A stretch of DNA of 62,673 nt from a virus (IMGVR_UViG_3300006751_000010:1-62673); one strand, 5' to 3'. Counted from the stretch's first letter, positions 37,607-47,852 are shown. The notes: generated by a model not told the origin, from the letters alone. A program made the numbers and translations.

Positions 37607-40138
37607 CTATTCTGGGAATGTTGCACCCGTTGGTTCTATACTAAAGTCTAACACAATAAATTCAGCCGTACGTGTTGGTTGTAATGCTATTTTACCATAT
37701 AATACATTTTCGCCCTGGAATTCTGTCGGAACATCTACATTATCCATTATTACCATAAATGCATTTAAACCTTGTTGTGATTTTACTTGTTGCAAATATG
37801 GATTAACAATTGATATAAATCGTTCTCTGGTTACTGAATCGTTTTGATCAAATACTATATATTTAGATACACTTGTAATATATTTTTTAACTGTTATTAA
37901 TAATCGTCTTACGTTAACTCTAGTTAATGCATTATTAGGACCTGCTTGAGAATCTTGAAGTGTTTTTTGTCCCCATATACAAACCCCATCGTTAGGGAAA
38001 TTTGCTATAGGATTAATTCTTACATTATATAAATCATCGCGATTTTGTTGTGTAAGCGTAGTACTAGTTCCTGCTGCTTGTAATCCTCCCCGATTTAAAC
38101 CAGCTGGTGCATACCATGGAGCTGCAATTGCATCGTTAAATGAAATTGCGCCGGCTACACCTATAGACGGAGGAACAAATTCTAATCTATTACTCTGATT
38201 GGCAATTTGAATCCATGGCCAATATACTGCAGTATAATTATTATTATACTTTTTATCATTCATATGAGTAATAACATCAGCCACAGTAGATTGTCTTTTT
38301 CCCTCTCCGCTATCGCCGTCTATATGAATATCCATTACATAAAATACATCTTGCCTAGTTTGTGCCATATTCATGGCCGAGAATGTTACATTAGAATGAT
38401 AATAATCAATAATACCAGGTGTATATAACATATTAATATCATAAAAATCTAGATCAGATAATGTGTTTATAGCTTTGGTATATGTATTAGTTCCAGTTGA
38501 TGTTGCTGTACTACAATCAAAACCAAATGTGTTAGTTGTTGTAATATATTGTCCGTAATATTTCTTTAAATTTGGTTTTGCTCCATCATATCCTTCTTGG
38601 AATGGTATTATAAATCTTCTAGTAGAAAGTTTAACCTTATTTGAAAATATTGATCCTGTTAATGCATTTTCTAATGATCCGGTGTATTTACCTGCTATGG
38701 TTGGGAAATTTGCTGAAATAGATTGTTCAACATCTCCTAAATAAAAATCAGCATTACTACCAGTGCTTTCACCTGTCGATGGAATTGGAGCTAAATAATT
38801 TAAGTTATTAACTTTTGTATAATCAAATCCATGATATATTCGACCTGAATATCCAGATGACCCATTTTGTGTAGTTATATTTGTAACTGGTGCCAAGTTT
38901 ACTGTAGTAGTACCAGTACCATGTGGTGAAGTTACATCTTGAATTGGAGATTTTAATGCTTTATACCCAAATGGTATTTTTGATATGAATGTACTTAATC
39001 CATTTTTGATACCTTCTGCAACTTCTATACGAATATATTGTGAATTATTTTTATCGGTACCGTTTGTCTGTATATTTTCATTAGTATCAAATTCTATATA
39101 TTGAGTACCAATTCGTTTTTCAATATAATCAGGAGAATTTGGATTAAAAGTTACATTTCTAAATGTTTCTATTATTTCTGGATCTTCATCAGTATCATCG
39201 GAATTAAATGGTGTAGTTTTAAAATATGATGATTTAACTTTTCGTACAACTACGGTAAATGTACCATAATTTAATGGATCTGATGTTTCTGATCCTTGTC
39301 TTATATCTCTAATTCCTATTTTAGTTTCATAATTAACAGCTGTTCCATGTGATAATGTATGAAATCTAAATAAATTATCTACTCCTCCACTTGAATCTTT
39401 TTGTGAAGTAATCCAAGGCGTGCTAGCATATTTATAATCATCTGTATTTGTATATGATGCAGTAACCATTGACATACTTACTCCAGACATCTGATTAAAT
39501 AATGTAGTAGCAGTTGGATGTTTACATAATTGATATATTGGATATTTATTGCTTTTTGGATCACTTCCAAAAACATTTTCTAAATCTTTAGAAGGAATTC
39601 CAGTATTAATAGTACCACTAATTGCTGTAAGTGATTTAAAATCACCAGAAAATCCTATTGCGTTATCAGAGGCTGCAGTATATCCTGGCTCTGAGCCGTG
39701 GCCGTCTAATGTTAACGCAAAACTTCCACTTCCTGCATCTTGTATTGACGAAGATGCCCATAAATTAGCTTCATTAGTAACAGGACGCGTTGGGTGAAAT
39801 ACATGCGTTACATATTCCACAGAGCCAGATTTGGCTACTAAATGAATCAATCCACCACCAGATAAAGTATATCCATCTTCATATAATAAACGTGTTACCG
39901 TTATATTGTCGCCATTGGATAAATGTCTACGAACTAATTCTGGGACATAGCTATCTTTAAGATCTCCACTTCCAAATATTCTTTTATATTCAGCAATTGA
40001 TGATATTTTTGTTGGTACTAATGCTGGGCCTTTCTCTGTAGGTCCTATAACTGCAGGTCCAGGAACTTGTGGAATAGCTCCTAAATTTCGTGTGTTGTCT
40101 ATTTCTCTAGTAAATACTCCTGGCGAGTTTAATGACAT
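37607..40138 (-). CDS. tail sheath protein (gp18-like)
   Basis: SPGVFTREID, GPTEKGP, YWPW, PWYAPAGLNRG, WGQKTLQ, RVNVRRLL, PTRTAEFI. Confidence 0.95.
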   Translation of the reverse strand: MSLNSPGVFTREIDNTRNLGAIPQVPGPAVIGPTEKGPALVPTKISSIAEYKRIFGSGDLKDSYVPELVRRHLSNGDNITVTRLLYEDGYTLSGGGLIHLVAKSGSVEYVTHVFHPTRPVTNEANLWASSSIQDAGSGSFALTLDGHGSEPGYTAASDNAIGFSGDFKSLTAISGTINTGIPSKDLENVFGSDPKSNKYPIYQLCKHPTATTLFNQMSGVSMSMVTASYTNTDDYKYASTPWITSQKDSSGGVDNLFRFHTLSHGTAVNYETKIGIRDIRQGSETSDPLNYGTFTVVVRKVKSSYFKTTPFNSDDTDEDPEIIETFRNVTFNPNSPDYIEKRIGTQYIEFDTNENIQTNGTDKNNSQYIRIEVAEGIKNGLSTFISKIPFGYKALKSPIQDVTSPHGTGTTTVNLAPVTNITTQNGSSGYSGRIYHGFDYTKVNNLNYLAPIPSTGESTGSNADFYLGDVEQSISANFPTIAGKYTGSLENALTGSIFSNKVKLSTRRFIIPFQEGYDGAKPNLKKYYGQYITTTNTFGFDCSTATSTGTNTYTKAINTLSDLDFYDINMLYTPGIIDYYHSNVTFSAMNMAQTRQDVFYVMDIHIDGDSGEGKRQSTVADVITHMNDKKYNNNYTAVYWPWIQIANQSNRLEFVPPSIGVAGAISFNDAIAAPWYAPAGLNRGGLQAAGTSTTLTQQNRDDLYNVRINPIANFPNDGVCIWGQKTLQDSQAGPNNALTRVNVRRLLITVKKYITSVSKYIVFDQNDSVTRERFISIVNPYLQQVKSQQGLNAFMVIMDNVDVPTEFQGENVLYGKIALQPTRTAEFIVLDFSIEPTGATFPE

Positions 40139-40164
40139 TTTTTACTCCTATATATTTCTTTATT

Positions 40165-40173
40165 TATAAATAT
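40165..40173 (-). promoter_or_regulatory. late-type promoter motif ATATTTATA (sheath)
   Basis: Recurrent intergenic 9-mer. Confidence 0.65.
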
Positions 40174-40192
40174 AATGTAACTAGTTCAAAAA

Positions 40193-40438
40193 TTACATTG
40201 ATGTAAATGTTCCATCATTTATATTAATTTGCCCATCGCCATATTTTTCTTTTAGCTTAGACAGTAATTCTTGTTCTTGTTTTCTTAAATTTTCAAATTC
40301 ATTTAAATAATGCAATTTTTCTTGTTTTAAAATATGTTGTTCTGTAGTAATATTTCCTAATGCATTATAATTTTTTGCAAAGTTTTCTTGAATATTTTGT
40401 ATTAAATTTAAATCTTCTTTATCTAATTTTTTAGTCAT
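40193..40438 (-). CDS. hypothetical coiled-coil protein
   Basis: 81 aa ending KEKYGDGQININDGTF. Confidence 0.6.
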   Translation of the reverse strand: MTKKLDKEDLNLIQNIQENFAKNYNALGNITTEQHILKQEKLHYLNEFENLRKQEQELLSKLKEKYGDGQININDGTFTSM

Positions 40439-40491
40439 ATTCCGTATTATTTATTTTAATAATAAAAAATTAAATATAAATATCCAAGATT

Positions 40492-41379
40492 TTATTGAGA
40501 TATATTTCCACCTAATTCATTTGTAATATTAGTGCTAGGTGCATTATTTGATGATCCATTGGTTATTTCTACTTTCCATATAACTTTTTTAACAGAATGT
40601 CGCTTTTTTATAGTTTCTTTATTTACTTCATGTTGTGATAATAATGTTCCTTTAACAGTTAACGGAATTGTTGCTCTAACTAACCGATCTTCTCCTATAG
40701 TATTAACAGTTTCAAAACTAACAGAGCCTAATATAGATTCAAATTGGTTCCGGCCTTCTCCCCACGAATATCGATTATGAGGTAATAATTGATCTATTAA
40801 ATCATTTAATTGTGTAGTAAAATCACACCATATTAACATTTCATATTCTACATCAACATATTTTGGAATATCAACAATATATATTTTATTAGATTTAACT
40901 GGTTGATTAAATGGATTAGGAAATAATGTATCTTGATATCGATTACGTTTATTATAGTTACCTTTATATATAAAATAATTTGAATCTGGAGTGTTATTTA
41001 CATCTAATCCTTTATGAGATTCTCGCTCTACTGCAGAATTTCTTTTTAACATAATAAGTGGAGATTGAAGTTTTCCTTTTTCGTCTCTAGTATATCCTAA
41101 TCTTTGTACATTATCCCACTTTTCTCCATTTGAAAATATCACCGGGACAATAGAAATATTTTTGTTAACTGTTACTTGAGGCCGGATTTTGTGTTCGATA
41201 TACCATTTTATTGCATAATCAATATCATATAACGTACGTTGTGGAGTTCGTATTACATCATCATCACGCCTTCCGTGGTCTTTGCGATCATGGATTGGAT
41301 CATTTCTATATCCTTCTGTTCGAATTGGATTAGGTTTATTTGTTTTTCTATCGATATTTTTACGATTCATCCGTGCCAT
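40492..41379 (-). CDS. tail terminator / sheath stabilizer (gp15-like)
   Basis: DIDYAI, VPVIF..GEKW, PLIMLKR, P.YVDVEYE; position between neck and sheath. Confidence 0.65.
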   Translation of the reverse strand: MARMNRKNIDRKTNKPNPIRTEGYRNDPIHDRKDHGRRDDDVIRTPQRTLYDIDYAIKWYIEHKIRPQVTVNKNISIVPVIFSNGEKWDNVQRLGYTRDEKGKLQSPLIMLKRNSAVERESHKGLDVNNTPDSNYFIYKGNYNKRNRYQDTLFPNPFNQPVKSNKIYIVDIPKYVDVEYEMLIWCDFTTQLNDLIDQLLPHNRYSWGEGRNQFESILGSVSFETVNTIGEDRLVRATIPLTVKGTLLSQHEVNKETIKKRHSVKKVIWKVEITNGSSNNAPSTNITNELGGNISQ

Positions 41380-41900
41380 TAAAATCCTTTATATGATGGT
41401 GATTTTGTATTGCCTCCGAATCGTAGATCTTTAATTGCTTGCGGTGTTTGTCTAGTTACATGAGCATTACATACAACAGAAACACTATATCCATGTTCAG
41501 ATCCGTTTGGCCAAGTGTCTGGATTTTTACCGGTGAAATATTGATTTGCGTCTACATTATCTAATTCATAATATTCATTATCCCAAGATACTATATCTCC
41601 TACTTCTGGATAAAAATCAGCTTTTTCTAATAAATCTCTAGATATTGAAAATGTAGCTGTTCTTGTATAACTATATCCATAATCATCCATTCCAGCAGTT
41701 TTATCCTCTTTTGTAACTACACATGGAATTAATATAGAATCATAATATGACTTATTTTCCGATTCTCCATATATATTCGCATTACTTTGTTCTATTATAA
41801 GTTTATAAAATTCAATTTCAGTATCAATTATAGAATTAATCAGTTCGGAATTTATGGCAGCTACAAATCTTGCGTCTCGTTTACCTCCAAACAGTGCCAT
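41379..41900 (-). CDS. neck/head-closure protein (gp14-like)
   Basis: NIYGES..K, PEVGDIV.W...YYE; follows the gp13-like gene. Confidence 0.65.
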   Translation of the reverse strand: MALFGGKRDARFVAAINSELINSIIDTEIEFYKLIIEQSNANIYGESENKSYYDSILIPCVVTKEDKTAGMDDYGYSYTRTATFSISRDLLEKADFYPEVGDIVSWDNEYYELDNVDANQYFTGKNPDTWPNGSEHGYSVSVVCNAHVTRQTPQAIKDLRFGGNTKSPSYKGF

Positions 41901-41909
41901 ATTTTATCC

Positions 41910-43133
41910 TTATCCAACATATAAACGAAGTGGAATTTTAGCCATCATTTCATTTATTTGTGTTGCTTCTGTATTTTGTCTAGTTAACATTTGTTCTTTT
42001 GTCATTTTCTCTAAAAATTCTCGTAATTGAGTTATTAATGCGTCTTTTTCACTTTGTCCTTGTGATACTAAGTCGCTGCCATTAAGTGTTACTTCTCCAT
42101 TTGGAATGGGTACTGATGAATATTTACTACGAATATATCCTAGCATTTCTTTTGCAATAGCAGATCCATATCTAATAATCCATGCCCTACCCATATCGTT
42201 AATTGTACTATATTTTTGATATGTATATGGTATATTTGACGCGTCTGATATAGCTCCTTTTGTTAATGCTGTGTTGCCGAATAAAACTGCGTCATTAGCT
42301 TTATCTTCTTCAAGCATAAATTCAAACCATACATTTTTAAAAAATGGTTCCATATTAGATCCAGAAGTAGTAGGAACTGGATACAATCGTATATCATCTC
42401 CATGTATATCAAATGTATAATGTGATTTTCTTATTCTATCATTAAATTCTATAGTTTGTATTCTTAATAAGTCTGCGTGTAATGGCATTAACATAAAATT
42501 AACAGATGGTGAAAACCCACCGAAATCAAATGCATCTAATAATTGTTGTGAACCTAAACCAGTTCCAACAAATGGATCAAAATATCTTATAATAGCTGGG
42601 GGCGCATTATGTAATACGCGCCTAACTTCTATTCCGTTAGAAGTTGATAATGTAGTTCCTAATGCAGTTTCAGCTGCAGCTTTTAAATTATATGTTTGTT
42701 GTCCGGGTTTAACATCAATTGATGCAGAATACCATTTTGTATATCCACCTGAATCAGCTTCAGTACCATATGCTTTTGATAATTTTGTTATATATCCAAA
42801 CGAATTTCCAACAACAGCTCCAGTAAAACCAGAATTATCCATAAAACTAGATCCAGTTTGGATTCCAATAGTATTTACTAAATTATTAACAATATTAACT
42901 TGGTTAACCTGATTAGAATATTCAATTACAGCTGCTTCGAATGCAGTATAAAAATTTACATCTTCTAATTCGACATCCATAACTGGATATCCAACGTGTT
43001 GTGCTGCGAATTTAGCAAATTTATCTGCGTGTTCTTGAAATACGGTATCATTATCAAAAAAGCCAAATGGAGTCTGTCCAACAGAAAATGATGAACTTCC
43101 GGGCCATATTGGTTTATTTTCGCTGTAATCCAT
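41910..43133 (-). CDS. neck protein (gp13-like)
   Basis: GYPVMDVEL, W..RY..A.AKEMLG..RSKY, VTLNG. Confidence 0.75.
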   Translation of the reverse strand: MDYSENKPIWPGSSSFSVGQTPFGFFDNDTVFQEHADKFAKFAAQHVGYPVMDVELEDVNFYTAFEAAVIEYSNQVNQVNIVNNLVNTIGIQTGSSFMDNSGFTGAVVGNSFGYITKLSKAYGTEADSGGYTKWYSASIDVKPGQQTYNLKAAAETALGTTLSTSNGIEVRRVLHNAPPAIIRYFDPFVGTGLGSQQLLDAFDFGGFSPSVNFMLMPLHADLLRIQTIEFNDRIRKSHYTFDIHGDDIRLYPVPTTSGSNMEPFFKNVWFEFMLEEDKANDAVLFGNTALTKGAISDASNIPYTYQKYSTINDMGRAWIIRYGSAIAKEMLGYIRSKYSSVPIPNGEVTLNGSDLVSQGQSEKDALITQLREFLEKMTKEQMLTRQNTEATQINEMMAKIPLRLYVG

Positions 43134-43151
43134 AGATATACCTTATTTTAA

Positions 43152-43160
43152 TATAAATAT
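43152..43160 (-). promoter_or_regulatory. late-type promoter motif ATATTTATA (neck)
   Basis: Recurrent intergenic 9-mer. Confidence 0.65.
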
Positions 43161-43168
43161 CAAGTATG

Positions 43169-43444
43169 TTAGAATAATTTGGTAAGAGTGCTTTCTAAAA
43201 GAGTCATGTCTTTTAGAGTTTCAATTTTTCCTATGCATAATTTACGTACAGCAAAAAATGATTGTCGAGCAGGATATTGTGTCATAAGTTTTATTGTTAC
43301 TAATTCGTGTTCTTTGCCTAAATCTTTTTCTATATGAACCATTAATACTAATCGTATTGCTCGAATTCGGTCTAATACATCTACTAATCTGCCAGTATAT
43401 CGTATACGAACTTGCATTGAATATTTACTTCTTGAAACTGCCAT
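43169..43444 (-). CDS. hypothetical protein
   Basis: 91 aa; own late-type motif upstream. Confidence 0.6.
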   Translation of the reverse strand: MAVSRSKYSMQVRIRYTGRLVDVLDRIRAIRLVLMVHIEKDLGKEHELVTIKLMTQYPARQSFFAVRKLCIGKIETLKDMTLLESTLTKLF

Positions 43445-43503
43445 AATACTATTTATATATAAATATATTTAATTAAAATTTGTCTAAAAACAAATTATTT
43501 TTA

Positions 43504-43734
43504 TTATGATTCTTTTTTCTTAAAGATTTTTTCTAAACCTGATATACCGAAACTTCCTAATGTGATTATTACAAAAGAATTATAAATAAATTCATTAATA
43601 ACTAAATCTTTTCCTGTATATCCTGTTATTATGTCTACTATTATTACAATAACCATTACTGCAAATGAAAAGAATCCTATTACAGATTTTTCATTGACAT
43701 CATTTTTGTCTTTAAATATATTTCGAAATGACAT
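43504..43734 (-). CDS. small two-TM membrane protein (holin-like)
   Basis: Two hydrophobic segments, basic C-terminus, SD and late motif. Confidence 0.5.
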   Translation of the reverse strand: MSFRNIFKDKNDVNEKSVIGFFSFAVMVIVIIVDIITGYTGKDLVINEFIYNSFVIITLGSFGISGLEKIFKKKES

Positions 43735-43777
43735 TTGATATTCCTTTTTTTTTATATAAATATCAAAATAAATCAGT

Positions 43778-43807
43778 AAAAAAAGGGTGAATTAAAAAAT
43801 CCACCCT
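43778..43807 (-). terminator. rho-independent terminator after major capsid gene
   Basis: Minus strand AGGGTGGA-loop-TTCACCCT followed by TTTTTT. Confidence 0.8.
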
Positions 43808-43836
43808 AATATTATTATTATATTAAAAATTAAATA

Positions 43837-45528
43837 CTATAGAGTATTCAATCCTTTAACATATACTTTACCATAAAATTCTGGTCTAACAACTTTCTTA
43901 GCATATCTAGTCATAACACCCTTTCTTGGAGTGAAGTTAATTGGATCGTATACTAATGGAGTCATTATTAATGGAACATATGGAGAATAAACTGCTCCAC
44001 ACTCAAGGAATTGACTTCCTCTAAAGCCCATCAATATGACGTTCTCTTTCATGTATGGATTTTTATATACAGTGTATCTATTATTAATTGCACCAATTTT
44101 CTGAACGCCGGCTGCGAATTCTAATTTAGTTCCATCTGTGTCTGCTGCAAATCCTGGAATAGATTCTAGGATAGTTGCTACTGACGGAGATGTTACTAAG
44201 AAATTTGCACCACCACGTAAAGTTTTTTGGTGAATTTTATTTGATACCTTTTGCAGTTTAGTACCTAATGTTTGGAACCATCCACCTTGAGTATTATAAT
44301 ATCCACCTGTTGTCGCAGTTGTTTGATCAAATACACTAGTAGCTGTATTATAAACTTCATTGTTCACTGCTGACCAATACTCAGTAGTAGGTGCCGAAGA
44401 AATCAACATATCAAGAATTTCTAAATCAATTTCCATTGATACATATTCAGATAACATCGAAGTTAATTCTGCTTCAGCGTCAATTGAATGATAAGCATTA
44501 AGATCTTGAGCGAACTCAGGCGTCCATACTGCTTTCAATTTACGTGTTTTAGCAACAATTGCTTCCGATTGCATTTCTAAATTCAATTCTGGAATGTCGA
44601 TATCTGTACCATCATTAACACCAGCTGCTCCAGATCCTGAAGTAGCTCCTTTGAATGCATCCGTCTCTTCAAAGTCACCTCTAGTTACATCAGTTGGTTG
44701 TTTGTGATATTTTACTGTCCATGTTGCGGATGGAGTTCCTGCGATAGAAGAAGAGAATGTACCAGATTGTTTAATTACGAAGTCAATTTCGTAAGGGTTA
44801 GTTCCACCAAGTTTTGTATATGCTGGATATAATGTATCAACATATGATGATGAACTAGGTACAAATGCTCTAACACCTTTTGGATCATAACCTGATAATG
44901 ATGCAGTTGGTACGTGTAGAATTTTGAAATTAGTTTTAAAATTAGCTAAATCTGTTAAGTCACTATCAAAGTTAACTGATGCTGACGTAATAGATGATGT
45001 AGTAGCAGTTGCATTAGATACAGTTACATCATTAACTGAATATCCAAATCTACCTGCTCCATAAAGACCACCTGATGGATCGCTACTTGTATTAGTAACA
45101 CCAAACATTGAATCTGCTGATTCAGAAGATCCAAATGGATGATCATCAGTTGATACTGGATCTGTTTGATCTGCAGTAAATCCTGCTTGAGAAGTACCAT
45201 ATTTAAAATCTAAATAGAATACTAGTCCTGATGGAAGATTCATTGGTTGTACTGATACAAACTCTTTTGCAGCAAATTCTGCAAAGATTCTTCTTACTAA
45301 TGGAAGTGCAACACCTGACCATTCTTCTGATCCATTTGCTGTACCTGTTTGTGAAGCTTCTTTTACCAATTGTCTTGCTTGGTTTTCAAGAAGCTGAGCC
45401 ATTCCTGCTCTTTCTGTCTCAGATCTGAGACCTTCTAAAAGTCCAGTCTTTTCCCATTTATTAACATGCGCTAGCGCTTGTTTTCTTTGAGATCCGTCCG
45501 GGCTTTGTAATAAGTTACTTAAACTCAT
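43837..45528 (-). CDS. major capsid protein (gp23-like)
   Basis: LLENQ, PLVRR, VQPMNLPSGLVF, AKTRKLKAVWT.E.AQDL.A.H.IDAEAEL, YSPYVPL, GVMTRYA. Confidence 0.97.
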   Translation of the reverse strand: MSLSNLLQSPDGSQRKQALAHVNKWEKTGLLEGLRSETERAGMAQLLENQARQLVKEASQTGTANGSEEWSGVALPLVRRIFAEFAAKEFVSVQPMNLPSGLVFYLDFKYGTSQAGFTADQTDPVSTDDHPFGSSESADSMFGVTNTSSDPSGGLYGAGRFGYSVNDVTVSNATATTSSITSASVNFDSDLTDLANFKTNFKILHVPTASLSGYDPKGVRAFVPSSSSYVDTLYPAYTKLGGTNPYEIDFVIKQSGTFSSSIAGTPSATWTVKYHKQPTDVTRGDFEETDAFKGATSGSGAAGVNDGTDIDIPELNLEMQSEAIVAKTRKLKAVWTPEFAQDLNAYHSIDAEAELTSMLSEYVSMEIDLEILDMLISSAPTTEYWSAVNNEVYNTATSVFDQTTATTGGYYNTQGGWFQTLGTKLQKVSNKIHQKTLRGGANFLVTSPSVATILESIPGFAADTDGTKLEFAAGVQKIGAINNRYTVYKNPYMKENVILMGFRGSQFLECGAVYSPYVPLIMTPLVYDPINFTPRKGVMTRYAKKVVRPEFYGKVYVKGLNTL

Positions 45529-45549
45529 TTTTTTATCCTTTTTTTTTAA

Positions 45550-46581
45550 TTAAATTAATCCTGCTAATTTTTTCCAACGATTTGCATGTTCAAATCCTTC
45601 AGATAAAATTTGCGTGTTTTCCTTAAACTTCTTAGACGGAGCCGTTGACGTACTAGGTCGAGACGCATAAGATTCTTTTACAACACGTTTTTTAGTTGGC
45701 CTTGTAAAGCTTTCTGCTAATGTTGTGAATACTAATTTTGTTTCTCTAGTAGTTGTAGCTCTATCAAAGTTTTCAATTACTTTCATTTTTTGCGATTCTG
45801 ATAACTCAAAATTGCGGAATAACTTGTTGGTGTAAAGAAGTTTTGCGTTTAAAAGATTGACTTCATTAATAACTGATTTTAAATGATGAATAGTTTTATA
45901 TGATTCTTCTAAAGATTGTAAAGCTTCATTTAATTCAGCTCCATTTGAGTCTATAGATTCAGCTCCAATTTGTGCTTCTTCTACTACTTCTTCCTCTTCT
46001 ACATCCATTTCTTCATCTAGAATTTCATTGATAATATCATCAATTGATTCGGAATATACTTCTTCATCTTCTTCATACATAGAACCTTCGTCTACTGGTT
46101 CATCTTCTAGATCCAATTCCATATCACCTTCTAATTCAGCAATAATTTCATCTAAACCTAAATCGCCTTCTTCTTCAAATTCTGCGTCTGCTTCTTCATC
46201 TGACATTTCTGCTTCTGGTTCTGCTTCTGGTTCCATTTCGCCTCCTGGGGCTTCTTTCGACATGATATCACCATAGAAATCCATTTCGCCATCTGCGTCG
46301 GTATCTAATTCTATATCACCTACATCTGTACCCATTTCGTCTCCAGCATCCTCCATGTCATCCATTCCACCTTCTACATCACCCATATCATCCATTTCTG
46401 CTTCTGGTTCTGCTTCTAATTCTTCCTCATCTCCGAGTTCTTCAGATAATTTAGCTGATAGCATATTTTGGATTCTAGGAGCAAATGCTTCTTGTAACGC
46501 AATCTTTGCATTAGCTAATGCAGTTTCTTTAACCGCTTTAGCATCCGCAATTGCTTCTTTTAGCAAATCTGATTTTGCCAT
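45550..46581 (-). CDS. prohead scaffold/core protein (gp22-like)
   Basis: Highly acidic, directly before MCP. True start is MAKSDLL at 46581 (AAGGAG at 46589-46594), not the track's 46704. Confidence 0.8.
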   Translation of the reverse strand: MAKSDLLKEAIADAKAVKETALANAKIALQEAFAPRIQNMLSAKLSEELGDEEELEAEPEAEMDDMGDVEGGMDDMEDAGDEMGTDVGDIELDTDADGEMDFYGDIMSKEAPGGEMEPEAEPEAEMSDEEADAEFEEEGDLGLDEIIAELEGDMELDLEDEPVDEGSMYEEDEEVYSESIDDIINEILDEEMDVEEEEVVEEAQIGAESIDSNGAELNEALQSLEESYKTIHHLKSVINEVNLLNAKLLYTNKLFRNFELSESQKMKVIENFDRATTTRETKLVFTTLAESFTRPTKKRVVKESYASRPSTSTAPSKKFKENTQILSEGFEHANRWKKLAGLI

Positions 46582-46719
46582 AGTTTTTCTCCTTAAATTT
46601 TTTTTTTTGGAAATAAGATTATTTAAAAATCTTAATAAGAATAAATAATTTTTTATAAACACTATATAATGATGGATAGTGTATTCTACAATAAATATAA
46701 GCAAGTTGAAAAAAACAGT

Positions 46720-46746
46720 AAAAAACCCAATAAATTAATATTGGGT
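46720..46746 (-). terminator. rho-independent terminator after bS21
   Basis: Minus strand ACCCAATA-TTAATT-TATTGGGT followed by TTTTT. Confidence 0.75.
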
Positions 46747-46774
46747 GCAATTTAATTAAAAATAATAAAATAAA

Positions 46775-47017
46775 TTAATATAAATTATTATTTAAATCTT
46801 TTATTTGTTGTATATATTTAGCTCGAGATATTTGTTTTCTTCGTTTATTGCTTGGTTTAGTAAATGTTTGATTATCTTTAAAATTATCTAAAATTTTTGA
46901 TTCTTTTATTTTTCTTTTAAAAGTTCTCATTGCAAAGCTTAAATCTCGATTAACTACTGATACTGCATTTCCGTTACCGGCCACAATTGTTTTGTGTTGT
47001 TTCTGACGTTTATTCAT
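46775..47017 (-). CDS. rpsU: phage-encoded ribosomal protein bS21
   Basis: V.V.NRDLSFAMRTFKRKIKES.IL...K....FTKPS.KRR...RA matches the bS21 pattern; located in the head module as in described bS21 phages. Confidence 0.8.
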   Translation of the reverse strand: MNKRQKQHKTIVAGNGNAVSVVNRDLSFAMRTFKRKIKESKILDNFKDNQTFTKPSNKRRKQISRAKYIQQIKDLNNNLY

Positions 47018-47022
47018 ATAAC

Positions 47023-47412
47023 TTATATTTTTAATTTTCTTTTTGGTATAATTGGTTTTGGTTTTTTATTTTTAACATTAAATCTAAAATGTTTTAATTC
47101 TGGTTTTTGAGCGAAATATCCTTGGATTTTTTGTGATTCATCTCCTGGGTCATCTCCTAGTCTAAAATAAAAATATCCAATTTTCCCAGATTTGCTAATT
47201 GTATGATTTATAATAGTAAATCCTTTTCCTTCAGTCCATTGTCGAATTTCTGCAGCAGTTGTTTGTGCTTCTGCAGGATCATTAATAATATATTCAACTC
47301 CGCCTCTATAATCAGAAAGATTATTTATGAGCTGTGCTTCTTCTATATCTTGCATTTCATTTAATTTTTTATATCCGAAATAATCTTGATACATTTTTTT
47401 GAATATATTCAT
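47023..47412 (-). CDS. hypothetical head-module protein
   Basis: 129 aa with an N-terminal LNE motif. Confidence 0.55.
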   Translation of the reverse strand: MNIFKKMYQDYFGYKKLNEMQDIEEAQLINNLSDYRGGVEYIINDPAEAQTTAAEIRQWTEGKGFTIINHTISKSGKIGYFYFRLGDDPGDESQKIQGYFAQKPELKHFRFNVKNKKPKPIIPKRKLKI

Positions 47413-47453
47413 TGTATTACCTTATAATATATATTTTTTTTCATTAAACCAAA

Positions 47454-47852
47454 TTAATGAACTTCATAATATTTTTGTATTCCTTGTGCAATGTCTTCAA
47501 ATGCTGCTGTTAATCTTCGTTCGTGAATCATAACCTCGTTTGCAGATTTTGAAAATTGTTTTAATGCTTCATTGATTACTTTAAAATGTCTACTCGAATT
47601 AACGTTATCAACTAAATCATCAGATTCTTCTGTTACTAACCGGTTTGCAGTTTCTACTACCTTAGTAAGATTTTCGACAACTTCTTGCAATTTACCAGTA
47701 CCATATACTGATTCTCCCATTTGTGAAAATCCTTTTAATGCTTCACGAAAAGCCATTTTTTCTTCTGTTGTTAATGGTGCTTTTTGTTCTGAGAATCCTA
47801 TTTCTTTTTGTTCTCGTACTAAGTCTTGTATTATTTGCAATTTACTTTTCAT
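47454..47852 (-). CDS. hypothetical head-module protein
   Basis: 132-aa helical ORF coupled to the protease gene. Confidence 0.6.
   Translation of the reverse strand: MKSKLQIIQDLVREQKEIGFSEQKAPLTTEEKMAFREALKGFSQMGESVYGTGKLQEVVENLTKVVETANRLVTEESDDLVDNVNSSRHFKVINEALKQFSKSANEVMIHERRLTAAFEDIAQGIQKYYEVH

Noticed and set aside
46582-46704. 41-aa N-terminal extension of the scaffold in the ORF track
   Set aside because: It starts at a non-ATG codon upstream of the promoter motif; the strong SD points to the ATG at 46581.
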